Below, in pieces: positions 28,009-40,838 of a stretch of 64,000 nt of DNA. The notes beneath the pieces were generated by a model. That model worked only from the letters and a program-made list of their open reading frames with translations, ran no database searches and was not told the DNA's origin. Positions within the stretch are counted from its first letter, which is position 1. Every line of letters begins with the position of its first letter. A program made the translations under genes and the position numbers. The stretch is from an uncultured Gammaproteobacteria bacterium (lineage in GTDB: Bacteria; Pseudomonadota; Gammaproteobacteria; Steroidobacterales; Steroidobacteraceae): assembly GCA_963711435.1 (NCBI GenBank), contig CAVQEB010000001.1:17943-81942 (forward strand), given 5' to 3'.

Positions 28009-28299
28009 CTACTCGACAACCTTCGGCACGAGGTACAAACCGGCCTGCACCTGCGGAGCATTGCGCTGGTAGAGCCGGTGCTGGTCGGTTTCGGTTACGG
28101 CATCGGGCCGCAGGCGCTGCACCTGGCCCGGCAACGGATGGGACATCGGCTCAACCGCGGCGGTATCGGCCCGCTCCAGCTGTCCGACCAGATCGAGAAT
28201 GCGTGACAGACTGCTCAAATAAACCGGGATCTCGGTCTCACTAAGTGCCAGGCGCGCCAGGTGAGCAACATTCTCAATTTCGCTGCGGGTCAGGCTCAT
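28009..28299 (-). CDS. gatC: Asp/Glu-tRNA amidotransferase subunit C
   Basis: MSLTRSEIENVAHLARLAL..., 96 aa, upstream of gatA. Confidence 0.93.
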   Translation of the reverse strand: MSLTRSEIENVAHLARLALSETEIPVYLSSLSRILDLVGQLERADTAAVEPMSHPLPGQVQRLRPDAVTETDQHRLYQRNAPQVQAGLYLVPKVVE

Positions 28300-28304
28300 G
28301 GTGA

Positions 28305-29465
<1,161 letters not shown>

Positions 29466-29574
29466 CGCCGCTTGGCAATTGGCTGATTCGGCGTTGCCCC
29501 CTTAGTTCTGGGGCCGGCGCCGATCGCGCTGCAGGACTCGATTTCTGTGCAAACGATAGCTCGGGCAGGTTGAT

Positions 29575-30513
29575 TTGGCCGGCTTTGGCACAGCCGTAAA
29601 CCGGCCACTTTATGGCCGCGGGCCCTCGCCGGGGCTGCGCTTCAGCGTTTATGCCCTGATTGCGCTGGCGCTGATGTACTTTGACCAGCGCGGACACTGG
29701 TCCGAGCGCATCCGCTACGGGCTGCTCGGCGCTGCCTATCCGATCCAGGTGATGGTCAGCTCGCCGGGCTCCGCCTGGCGCTGGCTGACCGACAGCTGGC
29801 GCTCGCGCGCTTCGCTGCAGGCCGAGAACGCGCAGCTGCGCGCCCAGCAGCGCGAGCTTGAGCTTGCGGTGCTGCGCGAGCAGGCCCTGGAGAGTGAAAA
29901 CGCGACGCTGCGGGAACTTCGCCAGGCGCTGCCGCCGCTCATCAAGAAATGGCAGCTGGCCGAAGTCATCAGCGTTGAGACCGACCTGCTGCGCCAGCGC
30001 CTGATCATCAACCGCGGCAGTACCGCGGGCGTGTTCGTCAATGAAGCGGTGATCGATGGCCAGGGCGTGCTCGGCCAGATCGCGCGCGTCGGTCCGTGGA
30101 GCGCCGAAGTCATCCTGATCACCGACCCGGAGCACGCCGTTCCGGTCCAGCTGACGCGTAACGGTTTGCGCACCATTGCGATCGGCTCGGGCAACTCCGG
30201 CGAGCTGCTGCTGCGCGATCTGGCCGCGAATTCCGACGTCAAAAGCGGCGATCTGCTGGTGTGCTCCGGCCTCGGCGGCGTGTTCCCGGCCGGCTTCCCG
30301 GTCGGCAAGATCATCGGCGTGAGCCGCGCGGCCAATCAGCCGCTGGCGCAGGTGCGCGCGGCGCCGCTGGCGCGGATTTTAGATGCCCGCGAAGTCATGC
30401 TGGTGGAATTTGACGCCACGCACCCCGCGGCGCCAGCACCGCCGGCGCCGCTGGCGCGGCCGCCCGCGCCCGCCGGTTCCAAGGCGCCGGCCAATCAGGG
30501 GGACGAGCAGTGA
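29575..30513 (+). CDS. mreC: rod-shape-determining protein MreC
   Basis: YGRGPSPGLRFSVYALIALALM..., coiled-coil, Pro/Ala-rich tail; TTG start uncertain. Confidence 0.9.
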   Translation: MAGFGTAVNRPLYGRGPSPGLRFSVYALIALALMYFDQRGHWSERIRYGLLGAAYPIQVMVSSPGSAWRWLTDSWRSRASLQAENAQLRAQQRELELAVLREQALESENATLRELRQALPPLIKKWQLAEVISVETDLLRQRLIINRGSTAGVFVNEAVIDGQGVLGQIARVGPWSAEVILITDPEHAVPVQLTRNGLRTIAIGSGNSGELLLRDLAANSDVKSGDLLVCSGLGGVFPAGFPVGKIIGVSRAANQPLAQVRAAPLARILDAREVMLVEFDATHPAAPAPPAPLARPPAPAGSKAPANQGDEQ

Positions 30514-30983
30514 GCAGTCGCGAGAATTTCCTCGCGATCGTGATTACGGCGCTGCTCGGGCTGATGCTGACGGTGGTGCCGCTGCCGCACTGGCTCGCCA
30601 TCGTGCGTCCGTCATTTCTGGTGCTGGTGGTTTTGTACTGGTCGACGATGGCGCCGTTCGCCGGCGGCATTGCCCTCGGCTTCTTCGGTGGCCTGTGCCT
30701 GGACGTATTTGACGGTTCGCTCCTCGGCGAGCACGCCCTGGCGCTGGCGTTTGTGACTTACCTGGCCGTACGGCTCCATCTGCTGATGCGCGCCAAGCCG
30801 CTGTTCGAGCAGTCGCTGTTTGTGGTCGCGGGACTGGTGGTCTACGAGTCCTTCCTTTGGGGCATTGACGGCTGGAGCGGGCATGCGCTGTCCAGCTGGG
30901 CGCGGTGGGTCCAGGCACTGACCGGCGGGCTGCTGTGGCCGCTGGCGGTCGGGCTGCTGGGCCGTTTCCACACACCACAGTAG
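30510..30983 (+). CDS. mreD: rod-shape-determining protein MreD
   Basis: 157-aa polytopic protein; GTGA overlap with mreC stop; synteny. Confidence 0.88.
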   Translation: MSSRENFLAIVITALLGLMLTVVPLPHWLAIVRPSFLVLVVLYWSTMAPFAGGIALGFFGGLCLDVFDGSLLGEHALALAFVTYLAVRLHLLMRAKPLFEQSLFVVAGLVVYESFLWGIDGWSGHALSSWARWVQALTGGLLWPLAVGLLGRFHTPQ

Positions 30984-30996
30984 CGCAGCACCGCAC

Positions 30997-32892
30997 ATGC
31001 CAGGGCGCGTACGCATCAAGGATCACTGGAACGAGCAGCGGATTTTCATCGGCCGCACGTTCGCAGCGATGGTGATCATCGCGCTGTTGACGGTGGTCCT
31101 GATCGGCAGGCTCTCGTATCTGCAGATCGTGCGTCACGAGTATTACGTCGGCCTGTCGCAGGGCAACCGCGTGCGGCTCGAGCCGATTCCGGCCAGCCGC
31201 GGCCTGATTCTGGACCGCAACGGGCAGATTCTGGTCGATAACGAACCGGCGTATCAGCTCGAGCTCGAACGCGGCCAGGTGCCGGATCTGGAGGACACGC
31301 TGCGACGGCTGATCCGCATCGGGCTGCTCACGCCGGATGATCTGGATCAGACCCGGCGCACGATCATGTCGCGCCGCAGTTTCGATAAGGTGCCGATCCG
31401 GCTGCGGCTCACCGACGAGGAGATCGGCCGCTTCGCCGTGCACCGGTTTGAGTTTCAGGGGGTCGATCTGCAGACCCGCCAGACCCGCCACTACCCGTAC
31501 GGCGAACTGGGTGTCCATGCACTCGGCTATGTGGCGGCGATCAGCGCCGATGATCTGGAAAAGATCGATGTGGCCAGCTACGCCGGTACGACGCTGATCG
31601 GCAAGCTCGGTGTGGAAAGCGCCTATGAGTACGCGCTGCACGGCCGCAACGGCAGCCAGGAGGTGCTGGTCAACGCCGCGGGCCGGGCCGTGGATCAGCA
31701 GGGCGCCTATCGGCCGGAATTGCATCTGATCCCGGCCACCGCGGGTGAGAATCTGATTCTCTCGATTGACCTTGCGACGCAACAGGCCGCGGAGGCCGCG
31801 CTCGGCGACCACCGCGGCGCAGTGGTAGCCCTCGATCCGGGCAACGGCGATGTACTGGCGTTGGCCAGCCTGCCGGGTTTCGATCCGGCGCTGTTCGCCC
31901 GCGGGCTGTCCCGCGACGAATATGCGAAGTTGTCGGATGATGAGGACAAGCCGCTGCTCAATCGCGCCCTGCGCGGAGCCTACCCGTCCGGCTCGACCAT
32001 CAAACCGGTCATCGCACTGGCGGGGCTCACCGATCACGTGGTCGATCCCGACCACCTCGAGTACTGCAATGGTGTGTTCCACCTGCCGGGCAGCAGCCAT
32101 GAATTCCACGAGGCGCTGCACGAAAAGCACGGCCCGATAGCTCTGGTCGATGCGATTGCGAAATCCTGCGACGTTTACTTTTATGGCCTCGCCGCCAAAC
32201 TCGGCATCGACCGGATCTCCTCCTTCATGGCCCCTTTCGGCTACGGGCAGGTCACCGGCATCGATATCGGCGGCGAAAAGCCCGGCCTGCTGCCCTCGAC
32301 CGACTGGAAGCGCAGGACCTTCAAGAAACCGCAGGACGTCTGGTTTCCCGGCGACACCGTCAATCTCGGTGTCGGCCAGGGTTATTTACTGGTCACACCG
32401 CTCCAGCTGGCACACGTCGCCGGCGTGCTGGCCGAGCGCGGGCGCAGCTTTCAGCCGCGGCTGGTGACGGCCTGGCGAGTCGGGCAAGGCGATGCCATTC
32501 CGATCGCGCCGATGCCGCAGCCGTCCGTAGAAGGCATCAGCGATACCGACTGGAACCTCGTCATCCGCGGCATGGTCGGCGCGATGACGTACGGCACGGC
32601 GGCCGCGAGCGGCAAGGGGACCGCCTACACCATGGCCGGAAAAACCGGCACGGCGCAGGTGTTCTCGCTCGCGCCTAACGCCAAATACAACGCCAAGACG
32701 GAACCGGAGCGGCTGCGCGATCACTCCTGGTTCATCGCCTTTGCGCCGGTCGAGGCGCCACGCATCGCCGTGTGCGTGCTGGTGGAGAACGGCGGCTTCG
32801 GCGCGAGCGTCGCCGCACCGATCGCGCGCAAGGTGATCGACGCTTATCTGCTCGGCCACACCTCCGCTGCGGCCGGCGGCGCGACCCTATGA
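30997..32892 (+). CDS. mrdA: penicillin-binding protein 2 (elongasome transpeptidase)
   Basis: PGSTIKP (SxxK), 631 aa, synteny with rodA. Confidence 0.95.
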   Translation: MPGRVRIKDHWNEQRIFIGRTFAAMVIIALLTVVLIGRLSYLQIVRHEYYVGLSQGNRVRLEPIPASRGLILDRNGQILVDNEPAYQLELERGQVPDLEDTLRRLIRIGLLTPDDLDQTRRTIMSRRSFDKVPIRLRLTDEEIGRFAVHRFEFQGVDLQTRQTRHYPYGELGVHALGYVAAISADDLEKIDVASYAGTTLIGKLGVESAYEYALHGRNGSQEVLVNAAGRAVDQQGAYRPELHLIPATAGENLILSIDLATQQAAEAALGDHRGAVVALDPGNGDVLALASLPGFDPALFARGLSRDEYAKLSDDEDKPLLNRALRGAYPSGSTIKPVIALAGLTDHVVDPDHLEYCNGVFHLPGSSHEFHEALHEKHGPIALVDAIAKSCDVYFYGLAAKLGIDRISSFMAPFGYGQVTGIDIGGEKPGLLPSTDWKRRTFKKPQDVWFPGDTVNLGVGQGYLLVTPLQLAHVAGVLAERGRSFQPRLVTAWRVGQGDAIPIAPMPQPSVEGISDTDWNLVIRGMVGAMTYGTAAASGKGTAYTMAGKTGTAQVFSLAPNAKYNAKTEPERLRDHSWFIAFAPVEAPRIAVCVLVENGGFGASVAAPIARKVIDAYLLGHTSAAAGGATL

Positions 32893-34034
32893 TGCGCGAG
32901 GAACTGCAGGGCGGGGCCGCGCGCCGCACGCTGTCGGCCACCGCACGGCTGCTGGCCGCGCTGAAGCTCGACGGCGCGCTGCTGGTCGGGATCGGGCTGG
33001 TGTGCTGCTTCGCGCTGTTCGTGCAGTTTTCCGCCTCGGGGCAAAGCCTGCAGGCGGTGTTACGCACGCTGATGCGGCTGGCGTTCGGCGTAGTAATAAT
33101 GCTGATGCTGGCGCGCAGCACGCCTAATTTTCTCAAGAGCCTGGCACCGTGGCTGTACGCCGGGGGCATTGTCTTGCTGCTGGTGGTGTTCGTGCTCGGC
33201 CACGTCGGCAAAGGCGCGCAGCGCTGGCTCGCGCTCGGTCCGTTGTTGCGTTTCCAGCCATCGGAAATCATGAAACTGGCGGTGCCGATGCTGGCGGCCT
33301 GGTTCCTGCACGAGCGCCCACTCCCGCCCGACTGGCGCACGCTTTTGATCCTCGCCGGCATGATTTTGCTGCCGGCGGTGCTGGTGGCCGCACAACCGGA
33401 TCTGGGGACGGCGCTGCTGATTCTCGCGAGCGGCGCGCTGGTGGTGCTGATGGCTGGGCTGTCGCTGCGCATCGTGATCGGGTTGGGATTGTCGGGCGTC
33501 GCTGCGGCATTCATCGGTTGGCGGTTCCTGCACCTGCACGAATACCAGCGCCAGCGCGTGCTCACGTTCCTCAATCCACAGTCCGACCCGCTGGGTTCGG
33601 GCTACCACATCATCCAGTCGCAGATCGCCATCGGCTCCGGCGGCCTGTTCGGCAAGGGCTGGATGAACGGCAGCCAGGCCCAGCTCGATTTCCTGCCCGA
33701 GCGGTCCACTGATTTTATCTTTGCCGTCATCGGCGAGGAATTCGGGCTGCTCGGCGTCATCGTGTTGCTGGGCCTGTACCTGTTCATCGTCACGCGCGCC
33801 GTATACCTTGCCTCACAGACCAACGACACCTTCTCGCGTCTGCTCGCCTCGAGCATCGCGCTGACGTTCTTCGTCTACATTTTCATCAACGCCGGCATGG
33901 CCTGCGGGCTGCTGCCGGTGGTGGGCGTGCCGCTGCCGCTGGTCAGTTACGGCGGCTCCTCCATGGTCACGCTGCTGGCCGGGTTCGGAATTTTGATGGG
34001 CCTTTATTCGCACCGCAAACTGGTCGGCACCTGA
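32889..34034 (+). CDS. rodA: SEDS glycosyltransferase RodA
   Basis: TDFIFAVIGEEFGLLG, PLPLVSYGGSSM; ATGATG overlap with mrdA stop. Confidence 0.95.
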   Translation: MMREELQGGAARRTLSATARLLAALKLDGALLVGIGLVCCFALFVQFSASGQSLQAVLRTLMRLAFGVVIMLMLARSTPNFLKSLAPWLYAGGIVLLLVVFVLGHVGKGAQRWLALGPLLRFQPSEIMKLAVPMLAAWFLHERPLPPDWRTLLILAGMILLPAVLVAAQPDLGTALLILASGALVVLMAGLSLRIVIGLGLSGVAAAFIGWRFLHLHEYQRQRVLTFLNPQSDPLGSGYHIIQSQIAIGSGGLFGKGWMNGSQAQLDFLPERSTDFIFAVIGEEFGLLGVIVLLGLYLFIVTRAVYLASQTNDTFSRLLASSIALTFFVYIFINAGMACGLLPVVGVPLPLVSYGGSSMVTLLAGFGILMGLYSHRKLVGT

Positions 34035-35057
34035 ATGCGCGCGCGTGTGCGGTCCCTTCGCGCGCTGCTGATCGCCGCCACGCTGGTGGGCGGCGCGCAG
34101 GCTGGCGCCCATGAGCTCACCGCCGGCTCGCACCTCGATGTGTCGCGCCCGGACGTGGCCGCCTTTATCGACCAGCTGGTCGCTGAAGGGTTTGATCGCG
34201 GGCAGCTGAGCGCAACGCTCGCCCAGGCCGAGCCGCAGCAGCGGGTGCTGGACGCCATCACCAAGCCCGCCGAGGTCACGCTGCAATGGTGGGAATACCG
34301 CGCCCGCTTCCTGACCAGCGAGCGGATCGATGCCGGTGCCCGATTGTGGCTCGAGCATCGCGAGCTGCTCGATCAGATCGCCTTGCGCTGGCAGGTGCCG
34401 CCGCAGTACCTGCTCGCCATCGTTGGCGCCGAATCGTATTTTGGCCGCACCACCGGGCATTACCGGGTGCTCGATGCGCTGGCCACGCTCGCCTTTGACT
34501 ACCCGCCGCGGAGCGAATTTTTCCGCAGCGAACTGGCCCAGTTCATGCTCTTGTGCCGTGAAGAGCATCTTGATCCGCTGGAGACCTACGGCTCCTACGC
34601 CGGTGCCATGGGCGCCCTGCAATTCATGCCCTCGAGCTACCGGCACTTTGCGGTCAGCGCCGCGGGCGCCTCGCACGCCGATCTGTGGACCAGCTGGCCC
34701 GATATTTTTTCGAGCGTCGCCAATTATCTGCACGCCAACGGCTGGCGCTACGGCGAGGCGGTGCTGCTCGAGGTGAGCGCCACCAAGCCGGGCGATCCGG
34801 GCGTATCGGGCGGCGTGACACTCAATGAAACGCTCGGCGCGCTGCGCGCCCGCGGCCTCACGCCCGACAGCTCCCTGCCGGATGACACGCGCTGCGTGCT
34901 GCTGGCGGCACCGCTTGAGGATGGCATCAGCTACCGGGCCGGATTGCAGAATTTTTTCGTCATCACGCGCTATAACCGCAGTCCGCTTTATGCGATGGCC
35001 GTCAACGACCTGGCGGCCGCGCTGCTGGCACGGGTGCAAAACCCGGAGCCGCTTTGA
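34035..35057 (+). CDS. mltB: lytic murein transglycosylase B
   Basis: AIVGAESYFGR, GAMGALQFMPSSY. Confidence 0.9.
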   Translation: MRARVRSLRALLIAATLVGGAQAGAHELTAGSHLDVSRPDVAAFIDQLVAEGFDRGQLSATLAQAEPQQRVLDAITKPAEVTLQWWEYRARFLTSERIDAGARLWLEHRELLDQIALRWQVPPQYLLAIVGAESYFGRTTGHYRVLDALATLAFDYPPRSEFFRSELAQFMLLCREEHLDPLETYGSYAGAMGALQFMPSSYRHFAVSAAGASHADLWTSWPDIFSSVANYLHANGWRYGEAVLLEVSATKPGDPGVSGGVTLNETLGALRARGLTPDSSLPDDTRCVLLAAPLEDGISYRAGLQNFFVITRYNRSPLYAMAVNDLAAALLARVQNPEPL

Positions 35058-35893
35058 TGCGCCGGCTATTGCCGTTGCTGCTTGCCGTGTTGGCCGGCTG
35101 CGCCGGCCCGCCGCGCCGCGAGGTGCCGCTTCGGCCTGCCACGCCGCCGCCCAACAACGCCGCCATCGCCGATGCCGTGCCGCAGCCCGAAGCGCGCAGC
35201 GCCCACGGCAATCCGCCCTTTTACGATGTCAACGGGCAGCGCTACGTCATCCTGGCCAGCGCCGATGGCTTCGTTGAGCGCGGCGTCGCCTCCTGGTATG
35301 GACCGGATTTCCACGGCAAAAATACCGCGAGCGGCGAGCGCTACGACATGTACGCGATGACGGCGGCGCACCGCACGCTGCCCATCCCCTGCTATGCGCG
35401 CATCACCAATCTTGGCAACGGCCGCAGTGTCATCGTGCGCATCAACGACCGGGGTCCGTTTGCCTCCAACCGGATCGTGGATCTGTCCTACAGCGCCGCG
35501 GCCAAGCTCGACATCGTGCGGCCCGGCACCGCATTCGTTGAACTGCGCACGGTCGGCACGCTGACCGAAGCGGTGGCGGCGGCGGCTGAGCCGCCACCGG
35601 CACCGGCGCCACAACCGCCTGCGGTGAGCGCGCCGGGTCCGCTTGAGCCTGCGGCGCCACTGGCGCTTTATATTCAGGTCGGCGCCTTTGCTGATCCGGC
35701 CAACGCGCAACGAGTGCTCGCGCGGCTGCAAAGCGCACAGATCACCAATGCCTTCGTGCTGCCGACCGGGGATGCCGCCCACCCGCTGCAGCGCGTGCGG
35801 GTAGGTCCCGTGGCGACGGTCGATCAGTTTGATCAGCTCGTGGCGCAGCTTGGCACGCTCGGCTTTGCCGAGGCGCGGCTCGCCACCGACTGA
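35057..35893 (+). CDS. rlpA: septal-ring lytic transglycosylase RlpA (DPBB + SPOR)
   Basis: Lipobox LAVLAGC; GVASWYGPDFHGKNTASGERYD; C-terminal SPOR-like LYIQVGAFAD... Confidence 0.92.
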   Translation: MRRLLPLLLAVLAGCAGPPRREVPLRPATPPPNNAAIADAVPQPEARSAHGNPPFYDVNGQRYVILASADGFVERGVASWYGPDFHGKNTASGERYDMYAMTAAHRTLPIPCYARITNLGNGRSVIVRINDRGPFASNRIVDLSYSAAAKLDIVRPGTAFVELRTVGTLTEAVAAAAEPPPAPAPQPPAVSAPGPLEPAAPLALYIQVGAFADPANAQRVLARLQSAQITNAFVLPTGDAAHPLQRVRVGPVATVDQFDQLVAQLGTLGFAEARLATD

Positions 35894-35950
35894 CCACTGC
35901 CCTTAAACTTGCCTGCCCTGGCCGTCATGACCCCGTGGAGAGAGAAATCG

Positions 35951-37087
35951 ATGAAAGTCACTGCCCCGCTCAGCGCCGCGCTGCTGCTCGCCGCAACTTT
36001 GCCAACCGTTGCCGCCCCGGTGCCGGATGCGCCCGCGGTGAACGCCAAGGGGTACGTGCTGACCGACTATGCGACCGGCCAGGTGCTCGCCGGCAAAGCT
36101 GCCGATCAGCGCCTCGAGCCTGCCAGCCTCACCAAACTGATGACTGCCTATGTGGTCTTTGACGCGCTGCGCAGCGGCCGACTGAAAATGGACGAGACGG
36201 TGCCGATCAGCGAGCACGCGTGGCGGGCCGAAGGCTCACGCACCTTCGCGCAGGTCGGCACCCGCATTCCGGTCGACGTGCTGATCAAGGGCATGATCGT
36301 GCAGTCCGGGAACGATGCCTCGATCGCGCTGGCCGAGCGGGTCGGCGGCACGGAGCCGGCTTTCGTGCAGATGATGAACACTACGGCGAGCCGGCTCGGC
36401 CTGACCGGCACCCGCTATGCCGACAGCAGCGGACTGCCGTCGCCCGATCACTACTCCACGCCCGCGGACCTGGCCAAGCTCGCGCGGGCCATCATCCACG
36501 ACTTCCCGGAATATTACGGGCTGTTCGCGCTGCGTGATTTCACCTGGAACAACATCAGGCAGGAAAACCGCAATGGCCTGCTGGCGCGCGATCCGACGGT
36601 CGATGGCCTGAAGACCGGGCACACCGACTCGGCCGGCTACTGCCTGGTGACGTCGGCCAAACGACAGAACATGCGCCTGATATCGGTGGTCATGAATGAG
36701 CCCAGCATCCACGCGCGCGAGGACGACAGCGCGGCGCTGCTGACTTACGGCTTTAATTTCTTCGAGACTGTCAGTCTCAAGAAAGCCGGCGAAACAGTAC
36801 TCAAGCCACGCATCTACAAGGGTGCGGAGAACTACGTTGCGGTCGGCACGGTGGGCGAAGTGCAGATTACCGTGCCGCGCGGCCAGGGCGGCGCGGTCAC
36901 CACCAGTGCCTCGGTGCGCCAGCCGCTGATCGCGCCGCTCGACGGCTCGGCGCCGGTCGGGCAGCTGCAGGTGACCGCTGACGGCAAGCTGCTCGCGCAG
37001 GTGCCGCTGTATGTGCTCAAGCCCGTGGCCGCCGGCAGCTGGTGGACGCGGCTGTGGGACACCTTAATGTTGTGGATCCACCACTAA
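35951..37087 (+). CDS. dacA: D-alanyl-D-alanine carboxypeptidase (PBP5/6 class)
   Basis: PASLTKLMT (SxxK), QSGND (SxN), KTGHT (KTG); ATG 35951 with GGAGAG upstream. Confidence 0.9.
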   Translation: MKVTAPLSAALLLAATLPTVAAPVPDAPAVNAKGYVLTDYATGQVLAGKAADQRLEPASLTKLMTAYVVFDALRSGRLKMDETVPISEHAWRAEGSRTFAQVGTRIPVDVLIKGMIVQSGNDASIALAERVGGTEPAFVQMMNTTASRLGLTGTRYADSSGLPSPDHYSTPADLAKLARAIIHDFPEYYGLFALRDFTWNNIRQENRNGLLARDPTVDGLKTGHTDSAGYCLVTSAKRQNMRLISVVMNEPSIHAREDDSAALLTYGFNFFETVSLKKAGETVLKPRIYKGAENYVAVGTVGEVQITVPRGQGGAVTTSASVRQPLIAPLDGSAPVGQLQVTADGKLLAQVPLYVLKPVAAGSWWTRLWDTLMLWIHH

Positions 37088-37102
37088 AGGGGTGACCAAG
37101 CC

Positions 37103-37951
37103 ATGAGCGAGCCCCTGCCGGTCTGTCACCTGAATGGCGCGCTGCTGCCGCTGCGCGAGGCGCGCATCTCGCCGCTGGATCGCAGCTTTTTATTCGGCGA
37201 CGGCATTTATGAAGTCATTGCGGCGCGCGGCGGCCGCCCGAAACGCCTGGCGGCCAATCTGGCGCGCCTGAGCCGGAGCCTCGCGGCCGTGCGCATTCCG
37301 AATCCGCACGACCCCGAGCACTGGGCGGCGCTGATCGCCGCGCTGATCGCGGCCAATGGCGGCGGCGATCAGTACATCTACCTGCAGGTCTCGCGCGGCA
37401 CCGAGTGGGGGCGTAATCTCGCGCCGCTGCCGAAGCTCGAGCCGACCGTGTTTGCGTTCTGCGCTCCGCTCCCGCCGCCAAGCCCCGAAGCGCTCGAGCA
37501 CGGCGTCAGCTGCGTCACCGCGGAGGACTTTCGCTGGGGGCGCTGCGATATCAAAGCCGTGACCTTGCTCGCCAATGCGCTGCTGCGTCAGGTCGCGGTG
37601 GAAGCGCAGGCGGCCGAGACCATTTTGCTGCGCGACGGGTGGCTCACCGAAGCGACCAGTTCGGCCGTGCACGTCGTTCTCGACGGGCAGATCTGCACGC
37701 CGCCGCTGTCGCATCAGCTGCTGCCCGGGACCACGCGCGGACTGATCGAGGAACTGGCCGAGCGCCACGGCCTGCCGTGGTGCATAAGGCCGGTCAGCGA
37801 GGCACAGTTGCGCGGCGCCAGTGAAATCTGGCTCAGCGCCACGGTGCGCGGGTTCCTTGCGGTGACGCGCCTGGACGGCAAGCCTATCGGCAATGGCCGG
37901 CCGGGCCCGTTGTGGCAGCAGACGTACGCGCTGGTGCGCGAGGCCTGGTAG
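37103..37951 (+). CDS. class IV aminotransferase (D-amino-acid aminotransferase-like)
   Basis: ISPLDRSFLFGDGIYEV, CDIKAVTLL, GTTRG motifs. Confidence 0.85.
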   Translation: MSEPLPVCHLNGALLPLREARISPLDRSFLFGDGIYEVIAARGGRPKRLAANLARLSRSLAAVRIPNPHDPEHWAALIAALIAANGGGDQYIYLQVSRGTEWGRNLAPLPKLEPTVFAFCAPLPPPSPEALEHGVSCVTAEDFRWGRCDIKAVTLLANALLRQVAVEAQAAETILLRDGWLTEATSSAVHVVLDGQICTPPLSHQLLPGTTRGLIEELAERHGLPWCIRPVSEAQLRGASEIWLSATVRGFLAVTRLDGKPIGNGRPGPLWQQTYALVREAW

Positions 37952-37970
37952 CGCGGCGCGCGGCGCCGTA

Positions 37971-38993
37971 TCAGGCCAGTTTGACCAGTTGCTTGCCGAA
38001 GTTGCGGCCCTTGAGCAGTCCGATGAAGGCTTCGGGCGCAGCTTCAATGCCCTGCGCTACGGATTCGCGATATTTCAGGCGACCGGTGGCCACTGATTCA
38101 CCGAGCTCGGTCAGCGCCTGCGGCCAGACTTCAAGGTGTTCGCTGACGATGAAGCCCTCGATCTTCAGCCGATTGACCAGAATCAGCCGCGGCGAGGCCA
38201 TCGGGATCGGCTCACCGCCGTAGGCGGCAATCATCCCGCACAGCGCGATGCGCGCGAACGCGTTTGTGTTCAGCATGACCGCGTCCAGAATATAGCCGCC
38301 CACGTTTTCAAAATGCCCGTCGATGCCGTGCGGGCAGGCCTCGTGCAGCGCCGCCGCCAGCGACTGCACCTCACCGTATTGCCGGTAATCAAGGCAGGCG
38401 TCAAAGCCGAGCTCGGCGGTTACGTAGTGGCACTTTTCCGCTCCGCCGGCGATCCCTACGACGCGGGCGCCGCGGGCCTTGGCCAGTTGTCCGACCACAC
38501 CGCCCACTGCGCCGCTGGCGGCACTGACCACAACCGTCGCACCCGCCAACGGGGCAATGATCTTGTTGAGACCATACCAGGCGGTGACGCCTGGCATGCC
38601 GACGACCCCAAGGTACGCTGATAAGGGCACGCGCCTGGTATCGACTTTACGGAGCTGGTTGAGTTGCGCGGCATCGAGCAGCTGGTACTGTTGCCAGCCA
38701 CCCATACCGACCACCGGATCACCGACCGCGAAGCGATCTGATCGCGACCCGATGACAAGCCCGACGGTACCGCCGATCATGACCTCGCCGAGTGACTGTG
38801 GCGCGGCGTAACTTTTGGCATCGTCCATGCGGCCGCGCATGTACGGGTCAAGACTGAGGTAGTGGTGCTGGACCAGTACCTGTCCGTCCTTCAGACCCGG
38901 TATGGCAACCTCGATCAGCTGAAAATTATCGGCCGCGACCTGCCCGCGGGGTCGGGAGCGAAGTAGCTGCTGCTTGTTGGTCAGTGTTGTCAT
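37971..38993 (-). CDS. NADP-dependent medium-chain oxidoreductase (YncB/CurA-like)
   Basis: HYLSLDPYMRGRM, AASGAVGGVVGQLAK; start trimmed to ATG 38993. Confidence 0.85.
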   Translation of the reverse strand: MTTLTNKQQLLRSRPRGQVAADNFQLIEVAIPGLKDGQVLVQHHYLSLDPYMRGRMDDAKSYAAPQSLGEVMIGGTVGLVIGSRSDRFAVGDPVVGMGGWQQYQLLDAAQLNQLRKVDTRRVPLSAYLGVVGMPGVTAWYGLNKIIAPLAGATVVVSAASGAVGGVVGQLAKARGARVVGIAGGAEKCHYVTAELGFDACLDYRQYGEVQSLAAALHEACPHGIDGHFENVGGYILDAVMLNTNAFARIALCGMIAAYGGEPIPMASPRLILVNRLKIEGFIVSEHLEVWPQALTELGESVATGRLKYRESVAQGIEAAPEAFIGLLKGRNFGKQLVKLA

Positions 38994-39027
38994 GATCCAC
39001 TGCGGTGCGCTCAGCCTGCCCGCCGGT

Positions 39028-39447
39028 TCACGGATCCGAAGCGTGCGGCACAGTAGCATACCGCGGCAAGCCGTCAGCGCCGACGGGCCATGCGAGCTCA
39101 TCCTGCACCCAGATGTGGCGCACCGGCACCAGCGCCGCTGCCTCATCCAGTGACGCCAGGGTGATATCCACCTCGCCTGGGCGCTCGCTGTTTTTATAGG
39201 TCAGCGACGTACCGCAATGCCGGCAAAATCCCCGGCTCACGTTGGGCGATGAATGGAACACCGCCAGCTCGCCACGCGTGATGGCAAAGCCCGCATCCTC
39301 GACCGTGCCCCACGCCACCGGCGCGGCGCCCACCGCGCGGCGGCAACTCTCGCAGTGGCAGAAGCACAGGTTGGTGACCGGGTCGCGCGCCTCAAAGCGG
39401 ATCCGCCCGCACAGGCACCCGCCGCGAATGACCACGCGCTCATGCAT
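39028..39447 (-). CDS. GFA-family (glutathione-dependent formaldehyde-activating-like) zinc protein
   Basis: GGCLCGRIRF, CHCESCRR, FCRHCGTSL Cys motifs. Confidence 0.85.
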   Translation of the reverse strand: MHERVVIRGGCLCGRIRFEARDPVTNLCFCHCESCRRAVGAAPVAWGTVEDAGFAITRGELAVFHSSPNVSRGFCRHCGTSLTYKNSERPGEVDITLASLDEAAALVPVRHIWVQDELAWPVGADGLPRYATVPHASDP

Positions 39448-39511
39448 CGCTGCCGCCGCTCCCGCTGCCCAGGCGCTGGAATTGAATCATACCCGCAGGC
39501 CAGCTTCGCAA

Positions 39512-40780
<1,269 letters not shown>

Positions 40781-40838
40781 CGGCAGTGCCCGGCCTTGCG
40801 GCCGGATCGGTGCAAAATCGACCGCGCGCGCCGCACGT

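Noticed and set aside
30544-32130. 528-aa minus-strand ORF
   Set aside because: Antisense of mreD/mrdA. No motifs. A GC-driven open frame.
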